A stretch of 64,000 nt of DNA. It comes from Sphyrna mokarran (taxonomy: Eukaryota). Shown here in pieces: positions 13,701-24,545 of this stretch. The stretch is taken from NCBI GenBank assembly GCA_024679065.1, contig JAGIQG010000008.1, positions 85,746,001 to 85,810,000 of the forward strand, written 5' to 3'. A program made the translations under genes and the position numbers. The notes under the pieces are model-generated. The model saw only the letters and a list, made by a program, of their open reading frames with translations, did no database searches and had not been told where the DNA came from. Positions within the stretch are counted from its first letter, which is position 1. The number at the start of each line of letters is the position of its first letter.

Positions 13701-14818
13701 AGAACCATACATGAATTTTAGTGCTAAAATATTTGTAGTGTTGACCGGATGACATTGCAAGGATGCCCGCACTTGGCATTGCTGTTGGTACCTCTGGGGT
13801 ATCAAGAGAAGACAAAGGTCCTGCGGGGAGATGTGAAGCGGTGCAGGGAAGCTGTTAAAGAGTACATTATTCCCTACTGAAACCTTGCTCCAATGCCCCC
13901 CGCCCCCCGCCGTCATTTTAAAATCCCTTCCTGGTTTCTGAAGGGGGAGGCGAATGAGGAAGAGAAAATGAGAGGATCCAGATGTCATCAAAGTTCTTCA
14001 CTACATGCATTAAAAAAACTATTTATCTTAATCCCCTGAGTTGGTACAAATCGAGAACCAGTTTATAGCGTAAAACCGAATATTACCGCAATATCCCTTA
14101 GTTATATAAAATGATTTCACACCTTCTCTAGTAAGCTACCCCACCTGTAGAGTGTATTTAACACTTTTTTTTACCTGTAAGATCCCTGCTCTGAACCGAA
14201 ATGTAATTACTGCAATGGAATAGTTCAAAGCAATGCAGTCCAGCTAAATACACTGCTAAACCTAGCTCAAGAGCAGTTAGCAAACTCGTTTACCAAAGGT
14301 GCAGCCACAGCATTTAACACATCTCGATTGTCAAATTGCCCTAATCTAAAATGACAAAAATGAAAAGCTCAACTTTTGAATTAATGTTTTCCAGATAGAG
14401 TAGGAAGCGACATAAATGCAGTGAGAGATTGGATATATACTGGATACATCAAACATACAGGCTGACAACTACTGGTCCCTTCCAGAGACTACACGCAACC
14501 AAAGCTTGTAGATAATACAGACTTTGTAACTGTCTTGGTTTTGTAATTGTGTGCAGTTGCAGGAATCTGGAAATAAAGACCGATCTCTGATGGTGCGGTT
14601 TCATTGGGATTACCCACATTGCATGTACGGAGAAAGAGGCGTCCCTTTTCTGCAGAGAATCTCTTCAGTGATAGTCCCGCGTTAGGGTATGGGCCATTAT
14701 CGAGGATAAGATTAATTGAAGGAAGATAACATTAACTGATGTACTTGGGTAAAAAGGGATAGGGGCATATATGAAACAAAATCCTGTTCTCGTCTTTAGT
14801 CATTCTTTATAATTAAAT

Positions 14819-14828
14819 CTAAAAATAG
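14819..14828. promoter_or_regulatory. Perfect MEF2 consensus site CTAAAAATAG
   Basis: Exact CTA(A/T)4TAG match ~4.3 kb upstream of the myod1 promoter; function unproven. Confidence 0.3.
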
Positions 14829-15162
14829 TAACTTAGAGTCTTAGTACCGAAATATTTTGAGTGGGTCTTTATCCTGATAGCTCTCTGTGATAATACACTT
14901 CTACCAAAAGTGTGGATTACCTAGGGCCCCAATGTAGCGTGCAGAATTTACAGAGGACAACCTTTAATCTCCGTGATTTATCAATGTTCACATTTAAAAA
15001 TCAAATCTTAAAGAACACTAGAAAACGCTATAAAATGTTTCTTTTAAATCATTAGCTTAGAAGAAGGGTTAATCTCTCTAAAGGCATGAGCTGGATGCAA
15101 TGCAGATAGAAAAGTTGTGATCTTTGGCATTTTATGGGACGTAAGACAAACTGTGACCGTTT

Positions 15163-15462
15163 TCAGGCAGGTGACTTCTGCAACTCTTCCTGCAGCCGGT
15201 CAATGAGGTATTCCCCAAAGCTAACTTGCCCTTCATCTGTACAACCCAGCCGGTTAGCGTTGGTGATCAGGTCGCCGGCTATTTTGATCTGTTGGATTTT
15301 GGGGACGAGTAGACGTTTCCGGATAAAGCTGGTGGTGTGAGGGTCCGTGCAGCTCTTGCCCAGCGCACAGAGTTCTTCCAAGAAGGTGGCCACCGTTTTC
15401 CACTGCTGGATTGTCTGATCCAGTGCTTGGCGAATGTTCTGCACCGACTCGGTCCCGGGTTT
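15163..15462 (-). CDS. Ferritin-like (ferritoid-like) gene, last coding exon (fused equivalent of ferritin exons 3+4)
   Basis: Acceptor tttcctgtttccttgcag|AAA. KPG...WKTV..FLEEL...DPH..SFI....IKIAGDLITN.NRLG...GEYLIDRL aligns with ferritin helices C-E; stop TGA. Confidence 0.92.
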   Translation of the reverse strand, partial: KPGTESVQNIRQALDQTIQQWKTVATFLEELCALGKSCTDPHTTSFIRKRLLVPKIQQIKIAGDLITNANRLGCTDEGQVSFGEYLIDRLQEELQKSPA

Positions 15463-15734
15463 CTGCAAGGAAACAGGAAAAAACAGAAACAAAGTCATGT
15501 AAGGGAGATTAATTTGGCTGCGTGGGATCTTACTGCCGGCCTGTCCTAATTTCGGCAAAGTCAAGGAAGCACACTTCTTGGGGTTTTCCGAGGCATAGCA
15601 TCGGTACAATCCCAAGGCGATATTAACATTGCAATAATTTTAACACTCCAATATATTACCGAGTGCAGAACTGTCGCATTTAGTGCACAAAGGCAGTTTT
15701 CCCTTTAGGTTGTGGACAATATTCATTAATGGGA

Positions 15735-15965
15735 TTATTGCTCACTCCTAATTGCTCTTGAATGGAGTGATCTGCATTGCTGTGGATCCAGTATCATATG
15801 TAGGCCAGATCAGGATTTCCTTCCCTATTACTGAACCAGATGGGTTTTTTTAATGACAATGGTTTCACACTCATCATTATCCATTTAATTCTAGCTTCTA
15901 GTGGATTCAAATTTCACCATTGCTCTGCTGGGATTCAAATCTAAATCCCCAAAGCATTATCTGGA
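15735..15965 (-). mobile_element. tRNA-headed SINE, family B (decayed)
   Basis: gatttccttccct...tgaaccagatgggtttt...attcaaatttcacc...gggattcaaa; reverse complement of the 35458 copy. Confidence 0.6.
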
Positions 15966-16675
15966 ATCTCCAATCTTTCCTCAACCCGCCCATTCCAGGT
16001 AGTAGTCTGGTAAAACTTTTCTGAACTGCTTCTCATGCATTTACATCCTTCCTTAAATAAGGAGGAATACTGCAAATGGTTCTCCAGATGTGATCTCATC
16101 AATGCTTTGTATAATTGTCATTTTTTTGACATCTTTTGAACCTTTTGGACCACTGTTTGCAACTCAGTATTAGTAAATAGCTGAGTAAAATAACCATTGT
16201 AGTTTCTCTTTACATGCATTGTACTTGCATGTAAAGAGAAGTTTTTGTGCTTTTATCAAACTTATGGTTACTTGTACTTTAAAAATAAAGTCATCAACTT
16301 CTAGGATATTATGTACATAATATATAAATATTTTATATACATATAAAATTTCTCAGTATTGAATAAGACAGCAATTTCAGGTGGGATATGGAACCACAAA
16401 ATCATTCTCTTTCTTTTCCTTGCCTTATTTTTGTCATTTATTTTTGTATTTGATCCATGGCCAGCAAACAGATCTCGAATCCTCCTCCCACCAATTTACT
16501 GACATGATAACATAAGGGTGAAAAACAATTCATTGCTCTACGTACTGAAGGAAAAAAATACATCTAATATTGGTTGATGACTTAGAACAAGTGAAGGACC
16601 ACAATCTGACTATAACTAATGTTTTTTTTATGAATGACCTCAGATTCACTGCTTGTTCTTTGTAGCATACCATTT

Positions 16676-16980
16676 ATAGAACCACAGAACACCGTTTGGT
16701 CCATCGAATCCACACCAACCACAATCTCACCCAAACCCTATCTCTATTACCTCATTTGTTTATCCTAGCTAGTCCCCCTGACTCTAACAGGCAATTTAGA
16801 ATGGCCAATCCACCTAACCCGCATATCTTTGAACTGTGGGAGGAAACCGGAACACCCGGTGGAAACCCACGCAGATATGGGGAAAACGTGAAAATTCCAT
16901 ACAAACAGTAACCCAAACAGGGAATTGAATCCAGATCCCTAGTGCTGTGAGACAGCAGTGTTAACCACTGTGCTACCCTT
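16676..16980 (-). mobile_element. HE1-like V-SINE
   Basis: ggcaatttagaatggccaatccacctaacc...tgtgggaggaaaccggaacaccc...cagcagtgttaaccactgtgc. Confidence 0.85.
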
Positions 16981-17201
16981 ATTTCAAGATTACTAAAGAT
17001 TCTTCAGCTACACAGAGTATTGAAAGCATTGAACTGGATGATACTGTGATAATCAAATGTATCAGAAAAATTACATTCCATGTTGGGCAACCTATATCGG
17101 TTCTGGCCACTTTGGGATGAATGCATTCTTCTTTATGTGAACTGCTATGGTACTGGCAGATCTACATGATCTGCCAGCTCGCCTTTATGCTGGCCAAATA
17201 C

Positions 17202-17348
17202 CTTAATGTCTTTGGCACAGTAGTGACCCCCTCGCTCCTTCTGGTACTCCAGTAAGATCTCAGCGTTCTGTTCCTCCTCTTCTGCTGCTTGCCGGAAATA
17301 GCTCGAAACTCTGGGCAAAGCCACATCATTTTGTTCGAAGATCTCCGC
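17202..17348 (-). CDS. Ferritin-like (ferritoid-like) gene, coding exon 2
   Basis: Acceptor tttctccttcaatgccag|GCG and donor ATTAAG|gtattt. 147 nt, the canonical length of vertebrate ferritin exon 2. AEIFEQNDVALPRVSSYFRQAAEEEEQNAEILLEYQKERGGHYCAKDIK aligns to helix B and the BC loop. Confidence 0.93.
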
Positions 17349-17537
17349 CTGGCATTGAAGGAGAAAACAGCAAACACACTGAGCGGCAATCACCAAACAA
17401 GTCAATTGGCCACCAGCTACAGGCCAAGTCTGGACTCCAGCTGTGGCACCATTATTTCACTGACAGTGATTTTATAATATTGACAGACCCAAAGTATATA
17501 GAAAATCTAAACTTCTGGAGATCAATTAGCTGTTAAT

Positions 17538-17640
17538 AAAGAAGGACTGGCATTTATGTAGCACCTTTCAGGACTATTGGATGTCTCAAAGCGTCTTACA
17601 ACCGATGAGGTGTTTTTGAAGTATATCATTGTTGTGATAT
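17538..17640 (-). mobile_element. Deu-type (AmnSINE1/SacSINE1-like) SINE 3' fragment
   Basis: aaagaaggactggcatttatgtagcacctttca...gtctcaaagcgtcttacaacc. Confidence 0.55.
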
Positions 17641-19774
17641 ACTAAGTGCAAAATATAAATATTGGAAAATACAAAAAGCTTAGCTCCAAGAACAAAAATA
17701 CACAATTCTAAAGGACTTGTTTTTCCTGTCAGTTTTTTGGAGCTTATGAATACGGATTCGCCAATGGAGTTTAGGAGTGAGGACTGGGTGGGTCTTGCCG
17801 GAGGAAGAGATAATTTCAGCACTGACCTAGATCCAGTGGCTCAGCGGGTGATTCATTTACAGGAATGGTAACAATTCTGCCTCTCTACAGCACAGCCGAA
17901 AATCCAGTGGCAATTGTAGCTGTTTTCTTTCACCCCCATACACTGTTATGATGAATTCAAAATTGAAAGGCAGTTGAAGCGGAAATTTTTACCTTTTTAT
18001 CTTGTTCACTTCAGGCGGATTTAAACTTGTTCTTAACGCCTACATAAGGTATTTCACACTATAGGGCATTTCACATTCTCATAGCGTTGCCCAATGACTA
18101 ACTTCAGAGTACGTACACAGACAGCACTTGGGAAGAAGCGGGCACTTAATGTTAACAATGTGTTTGTGTGCAACATATGATTATTGTGTGATTGTTCCCA
18201 GAGTAAAATCCTTTGAAGAATCCAAAATTACACCATGGCTAAGGTTTGAATATCTGAAGTGACTCGGACCGGCAGGGAGCTGTGCAGAAATGAACAGTGA
18301 AGAATTGTAAGTATCGCCACTGTCTGAAGCATGCAGGACGAGAGGAAGTGATCATCTAATCTCTTCAGATCCTGTAGGACATGAAGGAAAAGAGGGATCA
18401 ACAGCCCAGGAATAATTTGCACCCTCATCTACTCAGTCATAGCCAGAGCACTATTGCCTCTGTGATGCCCAAAGAATCTATTCTTGGTCCATTTATTATT
18501 GGAAATGGCCATGAACAGGCACTGAATTAGATTGTACAAATATTACCTGCCATTCATTTGCTTACGTGTGGATGTTCTTCAAGTCCAAGTATATGGTAAT
18601 GTGGGGTGCATCAGTTTTATAAATACTGTCAAATGATTAGTGAACAGCTCCACTCCTGATTCTATGATCGAGAGGCCCCACATGAAATTGCGGAAGCCGT
18701 TTAGGTTCAGGACACTTCCTGAAGAAGTGGTATTTTGGGATGCAATATTGGGTTTTCAAAACCATACAATTTTCTTGTGCTAATTATGACACTAGCCACT
18801 ACAGGCATATTGATCTCAATTTTGCCTTGCTGCGATATTCAATTAAGTGCTGCCTCAATGGTTTCCTCTCTGGCATTCAGGTCCTCTGTCCACATCTGAA
18901 TCAATGTTGTGCTGAGGTTTTATTTCCTGGCAGAATGCAAGGTGACCATCAGTGAGTATGTTCTTGGTGACTAAATGTCACCTGGTCACCCCATTCATGG
19001 CTGCTTTCATTTCTTTGCTGCTGATTGGGTGGAGGTTGATAGAACTGAAATAAGTTGATTTGATTTGTATTTTTGGGATGATCTAAATGACTCTCCACTT
19101 AGTCAGGCAGATGCCTATGTTATAGGTACCTGAGAAAGCATTTGGTTCTGTTGTCTTGCCATTTGGATGCTTCCTTTGTGGATATATTTGAACTCTGGGC
19201 TTAAAGTGATATACATATATTTTTGAAACTACGTATTACATACATTCTCTCCTCCCTACAAAGAAAAATGTCACAGTGGATCTGCTAGGTACAAAGAAAA
19301 AGGGAATTTTTGTATTTATATAGCAATGTATGACATGCACAACAATTATTTTGAAGGTGGTAATTATTGTTATATAGGCTGGTGCAGGAGCCATTTTGTA
19401 CAAGGTCAAAGAAATGCCAATGAAGCAAAAGACCTGTAATCTGTTTCTAGTGGTGCTAATTGAGGAATAAGTATTATCCAAAAGAAATCTGTTCTCTTTG
19501 ACTTCTACCCTAGAATCATTTATCCTTCTCCAAACCCCCAGAACAGCCAGACAGGATTTTGGTTTAACCCTGTGTTGAAAGAATGAAACTTCTAAAAATA
19601 TTAACAGCATAAATTAAACCTCACTATGTAGAAGCTATCCCAAGTTATAATGCAGGGATTGAAATGAAGAAAAGAATAATGAATTAAAAGCTTGGTTGAA
19701 AAGATGGGTCTTTAGATGGTCAAAAGTGGAAGGGATTTAGGGTATTAGGGCTGAGATGTTGGTACAAAGAAAAG

Positions 19775-20008
19775 TGTAATAAGTCTTCAGAGGCAATAGT
19801 CCCTTCACCAAAATCCCTTTATTCATAATTCCAACAGCAGTATACAGAGTGCTATCAGTCAGCAGTCTACCTTCGAGAGCATCAGAGTACTAACACTCCC
19901 AGTTAAATGCAAGGAAAAGACTCCCTGATTGGCTCATCAATTGACTCCTTAACTAGAGAGTTCATATTCCAATAGGCCAATCTCAATGGCCTGATTGAAG
20001 TCATTACA
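19775..20008 (-). mobile_element. Solo LTR (234 bp) inserted in an L2 remnant
   Basis: TGTAAT...ATTACA inverted termini, flanks aaaag/gaaag (5-bp TSD, 1 mismatch), AATAAA on the minus strand near its 3' end. Confidence 0.7.
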
Positions 20009-20280
20009 GAAAGTAAGGGTGATTAAAATATCAGTCAAAGAATAGATCAATGCAACAAGGAATACATGGCTGAAGGAGATTTCAGAGATCAAGTGAAGAA
20101 AAGATTGAAGACTTTAATCTCTAAACATTTAGGGCACTGGAAGCAGTATGTGCAAGCAAGGGCTGAGGTAAAAACTGGGCCAAAATGCAAGATGGAATAC
20201 AGGCCTTCCCCAGTCTCTATAGCCTTCCTGACCACACCTTCTTACCCTCAACTCTAGCTCCAGCCTCACACTTTAAGATT

Positions 20281-20509
20281 AAGCAAATTACTGCAGATGC
20301 TGGAGTCTGAAATAAAAAACAGAAAATGCTGGATAATTGTAGCAGGCCTGACAGAATCTTTGGAAAGAATAGCACTAAGGTTTCAAGTCTGGATGACCCT
20401 TCATTAGCTCTGCCAAAGAGTTATCCAACTTGAAACCTTAGTGTTATTCTCTCTCCACAGATGCTGTCAAACTTTGTGAGATTATCCAGCATTTTCTGTC
20501 TTTGTCTCA
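20281..20509. mobile_element. Palindromic (inverted dimer) Penelope-like terminal fragment
   Basis: acagaaaatgctggataat ... attatccagcattttctgt arms; same family at 48221 and 63551. Confidence 0.65.
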
Positions 20510-20519
20510 CAATACTTTT

Positions 20520-21225
20520 AGTTTGCTTCTCATCTCCAAGCCTATGCTCACCAAACTCAATATTTCCATAAAGCCCTAATGTTTTGACTCCCAGCTTATT
20601 TAATATGACCATTCATTTATCTACACTGCCTTGACCCAACCATACTGGTCATAACTCCTCCTTTCTGGACCTCTGCATATGTTTAAATTGATGGTCTACT
20701 TCGCTTTGTGTTCAGTTCCATCTTGAGTTGAATTTCAAATTTTTCATTTGGCCTGTCCAGGTTGCTAACACCCACCTCTGAAATGTCTGTTCTCATCCTA
20801 TCAAGTCCTCATTTCTGTTAAACTGCTCATCCCTGTCTTACTATTTTCTTACTCAACTTTTCTAATAACTTCCTGAATAGGCTTCGGAACTTCTATGCTT
20901 CTTAAATTCCGACTCATTCAATAATTCTACTGCTTGATTCCTATCCCACCTGAAGTTCCTTTCACCAGCAGGTCCTGTCCTTGATAAGCCCCACTGGCTC
21001 CATTCTTAAATACATTAATTTCAAAATCCTCCCCGTGCCTATACATCTCTCTGTATACTTGCTGTTTCTGTCAGGCCTACCTCATTGTTTGTTTCCTCTA
21101 TTTGACTCTGGTTTCAGCTGTTTCCCCGTCAATATACATTACATCAGTGAAGTACTTTCATTCATCACCATGTTTTTGCCTCCAGCTTGTCCCTTTCCCT
21201 CCTTCAAATTCACTTTAAAACCCAC
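20520..21225 (+). mobile_element. Decayed L2 LINE fragment
   Basis: Pyrimidine-rich L2-like 3' region (cactggctcc...atttcaaaatcctc...ccttcaaattcactttaaaacccacct). Confidence 0.45.
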
Positions 21226-21230
21226 CTTTC

Positions 21231-21529
21231 GGGGCAGCACAGTGGTTAACTCCAGGTACCTGGCTTGAGTTTTTGTCTGTGCAGAGTTTGCACATTCTCC
21301 CTGTGTCAGCTTGTGTTTACTCTGGGTGCTCTAGTTTTCTCCCACAGTCCAAAAATGTGTGGATTAGGTGGATTGGCCATGTTAAATTGCCCCTTAGTGT
21401 CAGGAGGACCAGATAGGGCAAATGCATGGGGTTATGGGGATTGGGCCTGGGTGGGATTGTGATTGATGCTGATTCGATGGGTAGAATGGCTTCCTTCTGC
21501 ACTGTGGGATTCTATAATTCCATGATTCT
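21231..21529 (+). mobile_element. HE1-like V-SINE with CR1-derived tail
   Basis: ggggcagcacagtggtta head, V-domain, gatgggtagaatggcttccttctgcactgt tail. Confidence 0.85.
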
Positions 21530-22829
21530 TTTTGGCAGCATATTTTATAACTTCTCCAATTTCTCTCCGATTCCTGCTTAGCTCTGACTCCCAATTATCA
21601 AGAAATGTGAGTTTCTGCTGTGTTTGACACTGTTACATTAATGTTGTAACAGTGGAAATCAGTCAGTCACGGTAATGATACAGTCTGTTAGATCTCCTGT
21701 AGAGCCTCAGCAACATAGGGTGCTACTTTTTAGTTCACTGTTGACGTAGTGACGTTGAGATAATCAATTGTAGTGACATACAGAGCAAAAGTCTTCACAG
21801 AAAACTATCAATAATTCTTGATATCCATTCCTAATCTTGCCCTTAACTTTCCTCGCATTCTGAAGGTCCTAATGCTTGCTACAGTGTAGTTTGATTATCT
21901 TAACAGCATTTCAATACCTGCCCAAGTCACTATTCTTCATTTTGTTGAACCAAGGACAGTCTACACACTACTTAATTAGCACAATCTCACTTCAGAAATA
22001 CAAGAGAAGCTTTCAGCTAGAACACCAAGATAACGATCTGAAGTGGGGTAAATGGCCCTTCTCTCACAAATGCCCAATTGGAATACTACAACTGATACAC
22101 AGCACAGAACAACAACTTGTATTTATATGGTGCCTTTAATGTATTAAAAAAATCCAGAGGCACTTCACAGGGCATAATAAATCAAAATGTTAGACACCAA
22201 GCTACTAAAGGAGATATTAGCACAGGTGACCCCAAAAGTTTGGTCAAAGAGGCTTTATGATATCATAAAGAAAAAAAAGGTCTTCTTCAATGTATGGTTT
22301 AATACTGAAATATTCATTGCGTTTATCAATTAGAAGATATTAGGAGGATATATGTATATATAATACATATGCTATAAATGTATAAATGTATGGATGTAAG
22401 AATACATGGAATAGTCATTGTCTTTTAAACTAATTACTGTATAATATTATGTTACACTGGAAGAGACAAATTTCCGCATGGACAATTAAGTTATATTCTG
22501 TCCTAATTTAAATGAATATGCAGTGATACAATGTCAAAAATCATACTTCAGTCACACACCACTGGCACTGTATGCTACAAATCTCAAGATGTGCCTAGTC
22601 ACATTTTTAAACTCAATTGCTTCTGTCTCCCTATAAATTAAAAATAAGCAAACCTTCTCATAACTAAGTACCATGTGATGAATAAGTCAATTTAACTTAA
22701 ATCTGCCAACTAACTATTATCATATACATCTACCAGCCTCTGGATAATATCTGTAGTCAAACATTAACTTTTGAATCAGCTATGATTTTTTTTCTCCCAA
22801 AATTAGTACTTATGTACACACCAGAGAAA

Positions 22830-23050
22830 ATCTTAATTTCCTGGAACTTGCTGCCCATGAATGAAGCTGAGATGATTAATGATTTCAAAAGGAAACTGGA
22901 GTGGACACTTGCAGGGAAAATTAAAACAAAACTAGCAGGGCAATGGAGATAAAGTAAGAGAATGGGACAGACTGAATCGTTCCTCAGAGTTGACAGAGAC
23001 TCACTGGGCTGAATGGCCTCCTTTTCTGTGTAAATGGCTTTATGATTCAC
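22830..23050 (+). mobile_element. CR1 3' tail fragment
   Basis: tggaacttgctgccc...ttcaaaaggaaactgga...gggctgaatggcctccttttctgtg. Confidence 0.6.
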
Positions 23051-24377
23051 AAAGTTAGACTCTTTATGTTTGACGATTCTTTGATAAACTCCTCCCCTGA
23101 GCACAATAATTGCTGGGTGCTGCATTTTTCAAATGAAATTCTGGCCAATCCTGTACTGACGATCCAGAGTGCTGCAGAAGATACATTTTCCAACCACCTG
23201 CAATTATTTTCAATTCAGCGCACCTATCACCCCTCCAATGAAAACCTCTCTTTGTTTTCAGCAGGGTGATTGAAGTTCAAGTTAAAGTGTACATTGAGCC
23301 AAGGGCCTCTTTTGTTTTATTACAATCCAATTTTGAATAAAAGTAATCACAGAACTTAACAAATGAAAAATGCTGACAACACTTCATCTCATTGAGGTGT
23401 GTTTATACTGTAGCTAAGTCTGAGACTGGTCACTCCAGCATACTTTGGAGCCAAGTAGCATCTTTCACATGTGGTTCGCCATCCCCCCCGCCCCAGTTCC
23501 CCCAACCCATCCCCGCACAAACATCCCTACACCCTTGGCTCTTATTTGAATTTCTTTCACTGCAAGGATGCTTTGAGAGGACATGAGAGAGGATTCAACT
23601 TCTCTAAAATAATGAATAGTTTTATAGTATGCAGGAAGCTTAAAAGACTATCCTAAGCACTTTGTAAACCCCGATTTTAGCATTGAGATTACATCTCAAA
23701 CAGAGGTCAAGCTTCTCATATCAATCTCCCGTGGAATAATGCTATTAAAATTTCAAGAAAGATGCTTGCTTGATCTAGAAGCTTAATAAATAAAACTAAT
23801 TTGGGAAAGGGCTGTTATACTGCTGCCTAGGCATTTTCAAAACTGCGCAGAATACAACTTTGTTCATTATTTATCCATTTTGGTTTAAAAATGAAATTAG
23901 CTTGTTTTCAAACACTCGCTGAAATTAAAAAAAAGTCCACATTTTTTAATTGGCTTTGCAATAAAAATGTTTTGCTTCACTGGGGTCAGGTCACTTGAGA
24001 TCCCCCCCCCCACCCAACCACTAGATTTATTCCTAGTCCTGGCAGTCTGGTTGTAAAGGACTCTTTCTGGTCCTTCTCAGCAGAAACTCCCTCAAACTGC
24101 AATTCCGTGCATCAGGGTACTGTATTGACCAGGTCCCATTGCAGGGCATTGCCCACGGTCTGGCAGAGATGACTCCAGTTACATGGATTAAAACAGCAGT
24201 TTAGTACTGAGTAATCAGGCAAAGTCTGGAGGGAGGTAATAAGACACCTCTCCCGACACTCCTGGATGTTGATGAGGGGGAGGCGGATCCGCTACCTCCC
24301 GCACTTTGCCCAACTCCATCGCAACTTCTTCCCCTTGTCTCAGGAGCTCAGCTACAGCGCATTTGAAGCCACCTTAC

Positions 24378-24545
24378 CAGAGCCTGGAAGCGGTAGGAAA
24401 CCTGGTAGAAGAGGGTGATGAGCCCGCACACCGCCTCCTCCACACTCGCATGGTAATTCTGCTTCACCCGGGTCCCCTGCACCGGCTGATGAAAGGAGCA
24501 AATGGGAAGGCAGGTTTTCTGTCGCTTCCACTTCGGCTCTGCCAT
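24378..24545 (-). CDS. Ferritin-like (ferritoid-like) gene, coding exon 1 with basic N-terminal extension
   Basis: MAEPKWKRQKTCLPICSFHQPVQGT-RVKQNYHASVEEAVCGLITLFYQVSYRFQAL|gtaagg. RVKQNYH matches ferritin QVRQNYH, and the phase-0 donor is at the ferritin intron-1 position. ATG context CAAATGG. Confidence 0.9.

Noticed and set aside
11400-14000. Homologue of the mammalian MyoD core enhancer (weak resemblance near 13510-13540), and ORFs such as 12861-13328
   Set aside because: Similarity is too weak to call by eye; the ORFs have no recognisable domain or convincing splice structure.
21231-21300. tRNA genes at SINE heads
   Set aside because: These are tRNA-derived SINE heads without a complete cloverleaf.
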